Shown here: piece by piece, positions 45,834 through 54,586 of the stretch
Position numbering within the stretch: position 1 is the first letter of the stretch
Layout of the letters: every line of letters begins with the position of its first letter
NCBI GenBank assembly: GCA_030583725.1
Contig: CP129472.1
Coordinates: 529,902 to 593,901, forward strand
DNA length: 64,000 nucleotides
Reading direction: 5' to 3'
Source of the DNA: a bacterium
GTDB lineage: Bacteria > Patescibacteriota > Microgenomatia > UBA8517
The notes under the pieces: generated by a model
Database searches by the model: none
The model's input: only the letters and a program-made list of their open reading frames with translations
What the model was told of the DNA's origin: nothing
Position numbers and translations under genes: made by a program

Positions 45834-46901
45834 TTAATTACAAACTACAAAGTGTAAATATTCTGTTGTTCTATTTGTTGTAAATTTCCTATTTTGTGAT
45901 TTATCTGCCTTGAAACGGCCATATTCTTTTGTAAAGTGACCATATTTCCCACGCAAGCTCATTATTTGTTTAATGTCGTCTGTTGTCATTAAACCTTCGT
46001 TGTTGTAGCTTAAAAAGATATATTTAGCTTTTGCACTTAAGATTAAATCTCTAAATACATTTTTTACTTGTGTTCTTGAACAATAAAGGGATTTTTGGTC
46101 CTGATACTCACGCAAACCAGTTTTACCGTATATTTTTGGGTTGTCATATTTTGCTACAGTTTCAAGAATATGATAATTTGTCGCATATTGCCGATGGTTG
46201 TATGGCGGATCCAAATATAAAATGTCACCTTTAACTTTTTTTAATACTTTATTTATATCCTCGTTAAAAACTTCGTGATCTTGGTCGTTTATAATTAGTT
46301 CGGCTGGCTTTAAAATCAAATTATTCTGCGCTGTTCTCTTCAGTTTTTTTAGAAAGGCGCCATATACAGAAGCGGTGTTTGCATATTTATCAATTGATTC
46401 AATTAAACTTGTAATCAAAAAGTAGTATTCGTCACTAGAAATTAATTTTTTTATTTTCCAGTCTTCAATTTTTTGGCGTATAGCATCGCAACGCATACCA
46501 TTTTCATCAGAAAAATATTGTCGAGACTCTTTTTGATCCTTCGTTCCAGTGGGGCAGTAATTTTGGTATATAAAGCCTTTTACTCCTTTGAGGGCTGATA
46601 AATAGTCACAAACATTTTTTTTTCGTTTGCTAGGAATAATATTCTTGAGAGAAGAGATCTCTTTTGTTAATTTTTTAAAAAGTAATTCTTTATGATTTCC
46701 AATGTAATGTCTGTTTAAAATATAACTGTAGTATTGAATGTCATTAGCAACTATCTTGTATCCTTTTTTTTTAAAATGTTTACCAACAGCACCTGTTCCA
46801 GCAAACAGGTCACAAAAAGTGTTGCAGTTTTTGTCAACCACCTTGTTAATTGATTCTTCTAAAAATCCCAATAAAGATAGTTTACTGCCGATATAATTCA
46901 T
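45834..46901 (-). CDS. N6-adenine DNA methyltransferase, D12 (Dam-like) class
   Basis: 355 aa. 'MNYIGSKLSLL' N-terminus. 'FCDLFAGTGAVG' motif I. 'ILYLDPPYNH' motif IV. Confidence 0.65.
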   Translation of the reverse strand: MNYIGSKLSLLGFLEESINKVVDKNCNTFCDLFAGTGAVGKHFKKKGYKIVANDIQYYSYILNRHYIGNHKELLFKKLTKEISSLKNIIPSKRKKNVCDYLSALKGVKGFIYQNYCPTGTKDQKESRQYFSDENGMRCDAIRQKIEDWKIKKLISSDEYYFLITSLIESIDKYANTASVYGAFLKKLKRTAQNNLILKPAELIINDQDHEVFNEDINKVLKKVKGDILYLDPPYNHRQYATNYHILETVAKYDNPKIYGKTGLREYQDQKSLYCSRTQVKNVFRDLILSAKAKYIFLSYNNEGLMTTDDIKQIMSLRGKYGHFTKEYGRFKADKSQNRKFTTNRTTEYLHFVVCN

Positions 46902-46905
46902 AGTT

Positions 46906-47805
46906 TCAATTGTGCAATAAGATTACAAAACAGGGTACTTTATAGTTTTTTTCACCGAGATTCTTGTGCTTGTAGGTAAAATTGATTTCAATTGGATTAT
47001 TCAAGTCAGTTTTATTTATTATTTCTCTAATTCTATCTATTGAAACATCTTCGTCGAGATAAACAACCAATAGTCTTGGGTCGTCACCAAATCTTCCCTC
47101 GTCTTGAAACTTATAAAGATATTCTGCGACGAGTTCAGGTTTTTTAATTGCGGTTTCTCGCCAGTCATCCTTAAAATGTCTTTTAAATTCATTAGTGGGG
47201 CTTTTTGCAACCTTTTGATCAAAAGAAACTCCGTTGACAAAGAAATCAACACCTCGCCTATGGTTTAATGTTGGCAGAATACTATTATTTTTTTCAAAAA
47301 TTAAAGTTTCTATAAAGTCGTTTCTAACTGTGTTTATTTCTTTTATTCGTCTATATTTTACGGCGGCGATTTTTACTTTTTCGTCTTTAAAAAATCCGTT
47401 TTCTCTCTCGGAGTTGACTCTTTGCACGAACTCATCAAAAGCACCTTGTGAAAAGGGCCAAGCAATATTACCTAATTTCAAAGATTGCCATTCCTTAATT
47501 AGGACACCCATTGCGTTGTCAGCCTCTTTTCCGCCTTTGTACTTATTGGTTTGCTTGAAAATTTCTCTAATTATCTTTTTGCTTTTATCGTAATCCCAGC
47601 TATCGACGACAGCTTTCCAAAGCTCCTTTGTTTCCGAAGCTAAGACTTTTTTACCCATATTTTGCCCACGGCTAATAATTCTAAACTTTAAATAAGGTAT
47701 GGGTTTAATAGCGTTTAATCGCAATAAATACTCGGTTGCTTTTTCGCGGCTACCAATAATTTTTCGTGCTAGGTCGTCTGATAGTTTTGACTTAATGTAT
47801 TCCAT
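46906..47805 (-). CDS. putative type II restriction endonuclease (position and size match R.DpnII/R.MboI-type)
   Basis: 299 aa. No recognisable motif by eye. Sandwiched between two MTases with 2-4 nt gaps (M-R-M order as in MboI). Confidence 0.3.
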   Translation of the reverse strand: MEYIKSKLSDDLARKIIGSREKATEYLLRLNAIKPIPYLKFRIISRGQNMGKKVLASETKELWKAVVDSWDYDKSKKIIREIFKQTNKYKGGKEADNAMGVLIKEWQSLKLGNIAWPFSQGAFDEFVQRVNSERENGFFKDEKVKIAAVKYRRIKEINTVRNDFIETLIFEKNNSILPTLNHRRGVDFFVNGVSFDQKVAKSPTNEFKRHFKDDWRETAIKKPELVAEYLYKFQDEGRFGDDPRLLVVYLDEDVSIDRIREIINKTDLNNPIEINFTYKHKNLGEKNYKVPCFVILLHN

Positions 47806-47807
47806 AA

Positions 47808-48590
47808 CTACTTTTTGAAAATTAGAATATATTCGTGTTTAAAAATATAATAATCACTTGAAAGCGCTCTATATCTCCAAATACCTTCCCTGTTTTGTTT
47901 TGCGCGGTTGCCTGCCATGTTTTTAATTATAATACTTTTTAGTGTCAATCCTAATTTTTGCGCTTCATTCATGCAATAAAACCCTAAAGGTATCCATTTT
48001 CCGGCCGTGTATTTATCGCCAATGACAATCGTCAAGTACCTACCGTTTTCTAAAATTTCAATTGTATTTTTTATAACCTCTGCAAATTTATCTAAAAATT
48101 CTCTTAAAGATTTAGTATTTGATAAATCGTCCTTTAAATCGCTAAATTTAATTATATCGGCATATGGTGGGTGTAAAATTGCCAGTTGGACCTTTTCTTT
48201 ATTATATTTTTTTAAAACCTTACCTATCTCATCAAAAGTTCGAGTTTTAGTGCTATCTCCAACGATCAATTCAGAGAAGTTATTTTTAGATTCAATATTC
48301 TTACTTACATAATCAATGAGTTTACCTTGAATGTCAATTCCGATAAAATTCCTATTTAAACTCTCTGCCTCGTAAGCGGTTGTCCCACTTCCCAAAAAGG
48401 GGTCAAAAACGACTTCGTCTTTCTTTGTATATCTTAAAATCAACTGGTGGGGAATTTGGGGAACAAAGTTGCCGTGATAAAAGTTACTATGTTTTCCTGT
48501 TTTATCTCTTTCAGGAATTATCCAAAGACTATCAGTCCAAATTTCTGATTTGCCCCATTCTTTTATATTAAGATCGTTAAAAAATGGCAT
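47808..48590 (-). CDS. DNA methyltransferase (N6-A/N4-C family, HPPY motif)
   Basis: 260 aa. 'VFDPFLGSGTT' motif I. 'ILHPPYADI' motif IV. Size like M.DpnIIB/M.MboIC. Confidence 0.6.
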   Translation of the reverse strand: MPFFNDLNIKEWGKSEIWTDSLWIIPERDKTGKHSNFYHGNFVPQIPHQLILRYTKKDEVVFDPFLGSGTTAYEAESLNRNFIGIDIQGKLIDYVSKNIESKNNFSELIVGDSTKTRTFDEIGKVLKKYNKEKVQLAILHPPYADIIKFSDLKDDLSNTKSLREFLDKFAEVIKNTIEILENGRYLTIVIGDKYTAGKWIPLGFYCMNEAQKLGLTLKSIIIKNMAGNRAKQNREGIWRYRALSSDYYIFKHEYILIFKK

Positions 48591-48624
48591 ATTATATCTT
48601 TGGTTAATAATACCACTATTTTTG

Positions 48625-48712
48625 CGGTGAGGGTGGGATTCGAACCCACGGTAGCCAAATTGACTACAGAAGTTTTCAAGACTTCCGCACTAGACCTCTA
48701 TGCGACCTCACC
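48625..48712 (-). tRNA. tRNA-Ser (anticodon UGA)
   Basis: Manual fold. Acceptor GGTGAGG/CCTCACC, 3-bp D stem, anticodon loop CTTGAAA, long variable arm, T-arm GTGGG-TTCGAAT-CCCAC. No encoded CCA. Confidence 0.8.
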
Positions 48713-48735
48713 TTGCTTGTCATAGTGTGATTTTG

Positions 48736-48822
48736 CGGTGGGGGCGAGATTCGAACTCGCGCGAGTATTACTACTCAGAGAATTAGCAATTCTCCGCAAT
48801 GGGCCAACTATGCGACCCCACC
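48736..48822 (-). tRNA. tRNA-Ser (anticodon GCU)
   Basis: Acceptor GGTGGGG/CCCCACC, anticodon loop TTGCTAA, long variable arm GAGTA-GTAA-TACTC, T-arm GCGAG-TTCGAAT-CTCGC. Confidence 0.8.
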
Positions 48823-48835
48823 TTAATCTGCAATT

Positions 48836-48937
48836 ATAGCATCAACGATACTGAATCTCATAGCATCAACGATGCTGAATCTCATAGCATCAACGATGCT
48901 GAATCTCATAGCATCAACGATGCTGAATCTCATAGCA
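48836..48937. repeat. about 4.3 tandem copies of a 24-bp unit (ATAGCATCAACGATGCTGAATCTC), each with an internal GCATC...GATGC palindrome
   Basis: Read directly. Copies at 48836, 48860, 48884 and 48908 plus a partial fifth. First copy has one mismatch. No intervening unique spacers. Confidence 0.85.
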
Positions 48938-48970
48938 GATACACCACGCTAATCTGATATACTAATTTAT

Positions 48971-49483
48971 ATGGAACCTGCCAACCAAAATGAGACTACA
49001 TTCAAACCTGATTTGGAAAAAGAATTATTTACTTGGGTTGCTCCAGCCAGGCCATTTAAGAGAAGAGATAGGCATTTTTATGTAACTACAATTTCAATTG
49101 CAGCTATGGTTTGTTTAATTCTGTTTCTTGCAGAGGGGGCAATGCCTGTAATTTTAATTATTTCACTTATTTTCTTGTATTATGTTATGAGCACTGTTCC
49201 ACCTGACAATATTGAATATAGAATTACAAATAAAGGCATAAAAGTTGGGGACAGACGAGTTGATTGGCAATTTTTAGGTAGATTTTGGTTTGGAAAAAGA
49301 TATGACAGTGAACTTTTAATTCTAGAAACAAGTTTTATACCAAACAGAATGGAACTTGTAATTACCCCTGAATCAAAAGAACAAATAATAAAAACTCTTT
49401 CAGAATATTTAGTTCAAGAAGAAGTTTCACCTTCAAGATTAGACAAGGCAATTGACTGGTTTAGTAAAAAACTCCCCAATTAA
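48971..49483 (+). CDS. hypothetical membrane protein (two TM then soluble domain; possibly PH-like)
   Basis: 170 aa. Layout is similar to the bPH-type proteins at 41208 and 53972. Confidence 0.35.
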   Translation: MEPANQNETTFKPDLEKELFTWVAPARPFKRRDRHFYVTTISIAAMVCLILFLAEGAMPVILIISLIFLYYVMSTVPPDNIEYRITNKGIKVGDRRVDWQFLGRFWFGKRYDSELLILETSFIPNRMELVITPESKEQIIKTLSEYLVQEEVSPSRLDKAIDWFSKKLPN

Positions 49484-49579
49484 AGTATAATATACCTACT
49501 TAGATTTTTTAGTGCCCGTAGTTCAACGGATAACAACCTTGCTTCGCAAGAACGTTGTCAGTTGACTGCTTGCACTTAT

Positions 49580-49651
49580 GTGCCCGTAGTTCAACGGATA
49601 GAATTGAAGATTGCGGATCTTTAGATACAAGTTCGATTCTTGTCGGGCACA
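49580..49651 (+). tRNA. tRNA with anticodon GCG (Arg-type) by manual fold
   Basis: Acceptor GTGCCCG/CGGGCAC, D-arm GTTC-AACGGATA-GAAT, anticodon stem GAAGA/TCTTT with loop TTGCGGA, T-arm ACAAG-TTCGATT-CTTGT, discriminator A. Confidence 0.55.
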
Positions 49652-49664
49652 CATAAGAAAGTAA

Positions 49665-49749
49665 GGAGGGTTCGCATAGTGGCCAATTGCACGAGTTTCG
49701 AAAACTCGAGGGAGTAATCCCTTCGCAGGTTCAAATCCTGCACCCTCCG
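49665..49749 (+). tRNA. tRNA-Ser (anticodon CGA)
   Basis: Acceptor GGAGGGT/ACCCTCC, anticodon loop TTCGAAA, variable arm GGGA-GTAA-TCCC, T-arm GCAGG-TTCAAAT-CCTGC. Confidence 0.8.
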
Positions 49750-49787
49750 CTAAAGTTTTTCGTGATATAATACCTGATAAATAAACT

Positions 49788-50225
49788 ATGAAAAATGGAA
49801 ACAATGAAGTCTTAGTGGGTGGGGCAGTAGTATTTAAAGAAGGTAAAAGTAAACTTCAATATTTACTTTCGAAAAACAGTGATGGTGATTGGGAGTTATT
49901 AAAATCAACAGTCAGAAGGGGAGAATCTTCAGTTAGGTCGGTTATTAGATATACATCTGAACAAGGAAATATGAACACAAGGGTTTTGGATGAAATAGGT
50001 AGGGCAACAAGTACTGCAACTGTTAACAATAAAACTATTAGTTATAAATACATATATTATTTAATGATTTTTAAAGCAGGGGCAGAAATATCAGGTATGG
50101 GAGAGATTAATTGGCTTGATTATTCAAATGCATCAAAAAAGATAAAACTAAAAAGAGAAAAAGACATTTTAAAATCAGCTTCAGTAATGGTTAAAGAGTG
50201 GCAAAAAAAGAAAAAGAAAAAATAA
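49788..50225 (+). CDS. hypothetical protein with Lys-rich tail
   Basis: 145 aa. A weak Nudix-like stretch was considered and not accepted. Confidence 0.3.
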   Translation: MKNGNNEVLVGGAVVFKEGKSKLQYLLSKNSDGDWELLKSTVRRGESSVRSVIRYTSEQGNMNTRVLDEIGRATSTATVNNKTISYKYIYYLMIFKAGAEISGMGEINWLDYSNASKKIKLKREKDILKSASVMVKEWQKKKKKK

Positions 50226-50235
50226 CTAAATTCTC

Positions 50236-50451
50236 ATGAGTGATGCATCTATTGAACTAATTGAGAAACATGAAAGATTAGAACCCCACGAGAGTGACAA
50301 CAAAACAAGAGAGGTTGCAGCAGCTCGTCTGTGGGTGACGGGCGATGACTTAAATATGAGAATTGCAGAAAAAATTTGGAAAGAAACAGGAACTTTACAA
50401 CCCTCAATTCAATCACTGAAAGATCACATGCTTCAGTTAAAAAACAAGTGA
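50236..50451 (+). CDS. hypothetical small protein
   Basis: 71-aa ORF between a CDS and tRNA-Ser(GGA). No motif. Confidence 0.2.
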   Translation: MSDASIELIEKHERLEPHESDNKTREVAAARLWVTGDDLNMRIAEKIWKETGTLQPSIQSLKDHMLQLKNK

Positions 50452-50467
50452 TATAATACCCCTTATT

Positions 50468-50551
50468 GGAAGGGTGTCCGAGTGGTTTAAGGAGCACGAT
50501 TGGAAATCGTGTGGTGTTAAAGCCTCGCAGGTTCGAATCCTGTCCCTTCCG
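50468..50551 (+). tRNA. tRNA-Ser (anticodon GGA)
   Basis: Acceptor GGAAGGG/CCCTTCC, 3-bp D stem TCC/GGA, anticodon loop TTGGAAA, T-arm GCAGG-TTCGAAT-CCTGT. Confidence 0.75.
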
Positions 50552-50589
50552 CAATTGACAAACTGTACAGAATTATGTAATATAAACTT

Positions 50590-50859
50590 ATGACAAAAAC
50601 ATTACCTATTACACAGGCCAGAGAAGAACTAACTTCCCTAGTAGACAAGGCTAAAAGGAAACTTGACGAATTTGTAATTACGGTCAACGGTTCACCTGCC
50701 GCAGTTTTGATGTCTGCTTCAGAGTTTGATTCATGGAAAGAAACTCTTGAGATTATGTCTGATCCACAACTAATGAAGACAATAGAGGAGGGGGAAAGGG
50801 AAATTAACGAAGATAAGGGAAAAGATTGGGATATGGTTAAAAAACAACTTGGTCTTTAA
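50590..50859 (+). CDS. Phd/YefM-family antitoxin
   Basis: 89 aa. 'LPITQAREELTSLVDKA...FVITVNGSPAAVLMSASEFDSWKETLEIMSDPQL' is the canonical Phd/YefM fold sequence. Confidence 0.65.
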   Translation: MTKTLPITQAREELTSLVDKAKRKLDEFVITVNGSPAAVLMSASEFDSWKETLEIMSDPQLMKTIEEGEREINEDKGKDWDMVKKQLGL

Positions 50860-51110
50860 TGTTTAAAATAATAATCGCTCCAAAAGCTATCAAACAGCTC
50901 AAATTACTAAAGTTTGTACACAAAGAGGCAGTTGGTTTTGCGATTGATGACCTGAAAAATGATCCCGAATTGGGAAAAAAACTAAAAGATAAATTTTTGG
51001 GCAAATATTCTTACAGGGTTGGTGTTTATCGAATAATTTATAAAATTGACAAAAATAATAAGACTGTATATTTAATGTCTGCCGGTCATCGCTCAATAGT
51101 TTATAGCTAA
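50859..51110 (+). CDS. RelE/ParE (YoeB-like) toxin
   Basis: 83 aa. Start overlaps the antitoxin stop by 1 nt. 'YRVGVYRIIYKIDKNNKTVYLMSAGHR' is RelE/ParE-like. Confidence 0.6.
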   Translation: MFKIIIAPKAIKQLKLLKFVHKEAVGFAIDDLKNDPELGKKLKDKFLGKYSYRVGVYRIIYKIDKNNKTVYLMSAGHRSIVYS

Positions 51111-51146
51111 TCTTGAAATTTGAGCCATGATGTATAATCCAAATTA

Positions 51147-52820
51147 ATGGCTGATAATCAAATTGAAGAAGTAAAGAATAAAACAGATATTGTTTCTTTG
51201 ATTTCAGAATATATTGAAGTTAAAAAGGCGGGCAGAAATTATAAAGCCAATTGTCCATTCCATGGTGAAAAAACTCCATCTTTTATGATTACTCCAGAAC
51301 TTCAAATATATAAATGTTTTGGTTGTGGCAGATCAGGGGATGTTTATACTTTTATCGAAGAACACGAAGGAATGAGTTTTGGTGAAGCCCTAAAATATTT
51401 AGCTGAGAAAGCAGGAGTAAAATTAACAAAATTTAAGGATGATGATTTTTCTGAAAAGGAAAAAATAATATCAATCAATGAAAAAGCTTTAAACTTCTAT
51501 GAATATGTTTTAAATGTTCACCCAAGTGGAAAAAAGATTATTGAATATCTAACAAAAGACCGAGGGCTAAAACCCGAGACGATTAAATTGTTTAAGATCG
51601 GATATTCTCCCGATAACTATGATTCTTTATATAAATACTTAACGATTAAACAAAAGTTTAATGTATCTGACCTTGTTAAAGCTGGTTTAATTGCGGGGAG
51701 AACAATGGACAGATTTAAGGGAAGGGTTGTTTTTCCACTTTTTGATCATAGAGATAAAGTTGTTGGTTTTTCTGGTAGGATTTTGCCTTGGGTAAAACAG
51801 GATATGGCCAAATATATAAATTCTCCAGACACTCCTGCATATCACAAGTCAAAAATGTTATATGGCTTAAATATCACCAAACAATTTATTAGAGAAAAAC
51901 AAATTGCAATTGTTGTAGAGGGTGAACTTGATATGATTTCATCTTTTCAAGTGGGTATCAAAAATGTCATAGCCATTAAGGGGTCTGCCTTAACTGAAGA
52001 CCATCTTCGATTAATTGGTAGATTTTGTCAAAAAATTATTCTTTGTTTAGATTCTGATTTTGCGGGCGACGAAGCTGCTAAGCGTGGTGCGATAGTGGCT
52101 GTTGATATGGGTTTTGATGTCAAGGTCTGTGAACTTAAAAGTTATAAAGATCCTGACGATGCCGCAAGAGAGAATCCAGATGAATATAAAAAATCACTTA
52201 CCCGTGCAATTGGCATTTGGGATTTTTTAATTAATCAAATATTTGAGAAATACGATTCATCAACTGGTAGTGGGAAAGCTGAAATTAGCAAAGTGATAAA
52301 ACCACTACTCTCTCAAATTACCGACAAAATTGTTCAAAGCTATTATGTCGAGCTGGTTTCAAGGAAATTATCTGTCCCCACTGAGATTGTAATGGCTGAA
52401 GTTTCAAAAATAAAAACAACAGACAATGCCTCAGTTACTGAGTTTGTTAAAGTGGACTTACAAAAAACTAGGAGGCAGTTGTTGGAAGAAAAGTTATTGG
52501 TTAATGCAATAGAAAGAGATATGGAAATACTTCAGAAGAAAGAAATACTTGATTTAATAGAAACAGTATTTGTAAAGAAGGTGGTTAACTATATAAACAA
52601 TAATGGGATGCCTTTACCGAAAGAGTTGACCCATGGGTATGCAGAAATGGTTTTAGAAAATTCTGAAGCCGACGAACTTGATTTAATTATCAAAGAACTA
52701 AAAAAGCTTGACTTAAAGGAGAAACGAGAGGTTTTGGGAGAAAAGATTAAAAAAGATAGTGAAAATGAAAAGTTGTTGAAAGAATTTGATGAATTGAGTA
52801 AAAAACTTTCCACCCTTTAA
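51147..52820 (+). CDS. dnaG: DNA primase
   Basis: 557 aa. CHC2 zinc finger 'CPFHGEKTPSFMI...YKCFGCGRSGDV'. Toprim 'IAIVVEGELDMISSFQVGIKNVIAIKG' and 'LDSDFAGDEAA'. Confidence 0.8.
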   Translation: MADNQIEEVKNKTDIVSLISEYIEVKKAGRNYKANCPFHGEKTPSFMITPELQIYKCFGCGRSGDVYTFIEEHEGMSFGEALKYLAEKAGVKLTKFKDDDFSEKEKIISINEKALNFYEYVLNVHPSGKKIIEYLTKDRGLKPETIKLFKIGYSPDNYDSLYKYLTIKQKFNVSDLVKAGLIAGRTMDRFKGRVVFPLFDHRDKVVGFSGRILPWVKQDMAKYINSPDTPAYHKSKMLYGLNITKQFIREKQIAIVVEGELDMISSFQVGIKNVIAIKGSALTEDHLRLIGRFCQKIILCLDSDFAGDEAAKRGAIVAVDMGFDVKVCELKSYKDPDDAARENPDEYKKSLTRAIGIWDFLINQIFEKYDSSTGSGKAEISKVIKPLLSQITDKIVQSYYVELVSRKLSVPTEIVMAEVSKIKTTDNASVTEFVKVDLQKTRRQLLEEKLLVNAIERDMEILQKKEILDLIETVFVKKVVNYINNNGMPLPKELTHGYAEMVLENSEADELDLIIKELKKLDLKEKREVLGEKIKKDSENEKLLKEFDELSKKLSTL

Positions 52821-52895
52821 GAAATCCAAGATTATGGGTATAATATGCGATACGAGATACTTCTTAACATAAGATAATACGATTTTTAAAAAAAT

Positions 52896-53975
52896 ATGAT
52901 TAGAAAACAAGTTGCAGAAATAATTAAAAAAGCCAGAGATCAGGGCTTTTTGACACAAGAGGAGATACTTGAAATTTTTCAAGATGCAGAGGATAGAATT
53001 AATGAGCTTGATGATTTATATGACCAACTTCTTTCAGAGGATATAGATGTTTTTGAGTCTGTCGCTTCAGAGGATGGTGAATTTTTGGATACTTCAAAAG
53101 AAAAACTAGACAAGGAAATTGAGATGCTAACCCGCCTAGAGGGAATCGAGTCAACTGACCCAGTAAGGCAGTATTTAAGAGAAATTGGAAGAGTTACACT
53201 ATTAAATGCAGAAGATGAAATTGAATACGCTAAGCGGTATGAAAAAAATGATAAGAGGGCAAAAGATAAGCTAACAGAAAGTAATCTTCGCTTGGTTGTT
53301 TCAATTGCCAAAAAGTACATAGGTCGTGGGTTGTCACTTTTAGATTTGATTCAAGAAGGTAATCAGGGCCTGATAAGAGCTGTTGAAAAATATGACTGGA
53401 GAAAGGGCTTTAAGTTTTCAACATATGCCACTTGGTGGATAAGGCAGGCAATAACAAGAGCCATAGCAGATCAAGCAAGGACAATCAGGATTCCAGTTCA
53501 CATGGTTGAAACGATAAACAAGCTTTATAGGGTTAGTAGAAAATTAATGCAAGAACTTGGTCGTGAGCCAACACCTGAGGAAATTGGCGCAGAAGTTGAA
53601 ATTGAGCCAGATAGGGTGAGAGAGATATTTAAAATTGCACAGGAAACAACATCTCTTGAAGCTCCAGTTGGTGAAGATCAAGAAAGTATTTTGGGAGACT
53701 TTATACCCGATGAAAACCAACTGTCGCCAGTTGATCAAGCAAGTAAGCAACTTCTTAAAGATCACTTAGATGAGGTTTTGGGAACATTAACAGAGAGGGA
53801 GGCCAAAGTCCTAAAGTTAAGGTTTGGTTTGGAAGGTACCAAACAAATGACTTTGGAGGAGGTCGGTCGAGTTTTTGGTGTAACAAGAGAAAGAATTCGT
53901 CAAATCGAGGCTAAAGCATTGAGAAAATTGAAACACCCAAGTAGGCGTAAAAAACTTCAAGATTACTTAGATTAG
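52896..53975 (+). CDS. rpoD: RNA polymerase primary sigma factor (short sigma-70/RpoD)
   Basis: 359 aa. Region 1.2/2 '[28 protein letters not shown]', '[30 protein letters not shown]', region 4 '[29 protein letters not shown]'. Confidence 0.8.
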   Translation: MIRKQVAEIIKKARDQGFLTQEEILEIFQDAEDRINELDDLYDQLLSEDIDVFESVASEDGEFLDTSKEKLDKEIEMLTRLEGIESTDPVRQYLREIGRVTLLNAEDEIEYAKRYEKNDKRAKDKLTESNLRLVVSIAKKYIGRGLSLLDLIQEGNQGLIRAVEKYDWRKGFKFSTYATWWIRQAITRAIADQARTIRIPVHMVETINKLYRVSRKLMQELGREPTPEEIGAEVEIEPDRVREIFKIAQETTSLEAPVGEDQESILGDFIPDENQLSPVDQASKQLLKDHLDEVLGTLTEREAKVLKLRFGLEGTKQMTLEEVGRVFGVTRERIRQIEAKALRKLKHPSRRKKLQDYLD

Positions 53976-54586
53976 TATCTTTGACCTTTTGGTTTTTCTA
54001 TAAAAGGTCTAATATCTGCAACCTCTTTAGGCATTTGTTTGTAGGTAAATAAAATTTTGTCTATGTAGTTGCCCAAGTCTCTATATAAATATATATCGTT
54101 TAGCTCAATATCATCGGCTGATAAAGTATGTCTAACCTCCTCGTCAACTGTTTTTACTGTGGTTCTGGCATGCAAGATAACCGTTCCAATTTTTAGCTGT
54201 TTCCATAACATATTTGGGGAAAAAGTTTTTACCTTCACAGCCTCATCCCAAGAAAGAGTTCTTATGTTTGTTGCAAAAAAAGTAGTTGGATCAAACCTAA
54301 CAATCCTTCTGTCTGTTATGTAACTTATATTTTTTTCTTGATAGTTCTTCACCATTTTCGAACCTAGAAAGATTACAACTAGTGGAATAACAATACTAAT
54401 CAGGTATAAACCTGTTGACATACCACTAAACTCTTTAGTAAGTGAGTAAAAAATTATAAACAATATTAGGGCAATAATATAGACTTTTACCATGTTTACT
54501 GCACTGGCAATTGGATGAGGGCGGGTAACATATAAAATTTTCTCTCCACCTTGTTGCCCGTAGAAAGTGTCTTCAGTGTTAATCAT
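53972..54586 (-). CDS. membrane protein with bacterial PH (bPH_2 / YdbS-like) domain
   Basis: 204 aa. Two TM, then 'DRRIVRFDP...[10 protein letters not shown]' PH-like region. Paralog-like to 41208-41852. Confidence 0.4.
   Translation of the reverse strand: MINTEDTFYGQQGGEKILYVTRPHPIASAVNMVKVYIIALILFIIFYSLTKEFSGMSTGLYLISIVIPLVVIFLGSKMVKNYQEKNISYITDRRIVRFDPTTFFATNIRTLSWDEAVKVKTFSPNMLWKQLKIGTVILHARTTVKTVDEEVRHTLSADDIELNDIYLYRDLGNYIDKILFTYKQMPKEVADIRPFIEKPKGQRY

Noticed and set aside
48836-48937. Possible CRISPR array
   Set aside because: Repeats are 24 bp and directly abutting with no unique spacers, and there are no cas genes. It is a simple tandem repeat.
49512-49579. Fourth plus-strand tRNA upstream of the GCG tRNA
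   Set aside because: Only the first 21 nt match a tRNA 5' half. There is no complementary acceptor 3' strand, and the D and anticodon stems cannot be formed. Treated as a partial duplication.
49523-49804. 93-aa minus-strand ORF
   Set aside because: Lies entirely across two tRNA genes. Spurious.
49788-50225. Nudix hydrolase call for the 145-aa protein
   Set aside because: The stretch RRGESSVRSVIRYTSEQGN only loosely resembles the Nudix box (G-x5-E-x7-REUxEExGU). Key Glu positions do not align.
50249-50554. 101-aa minus-strand ORF
   Set aside because: Overlaps tRNA-Ser(GGA) and the small plus-strand ORF. Spurious antisense frame.
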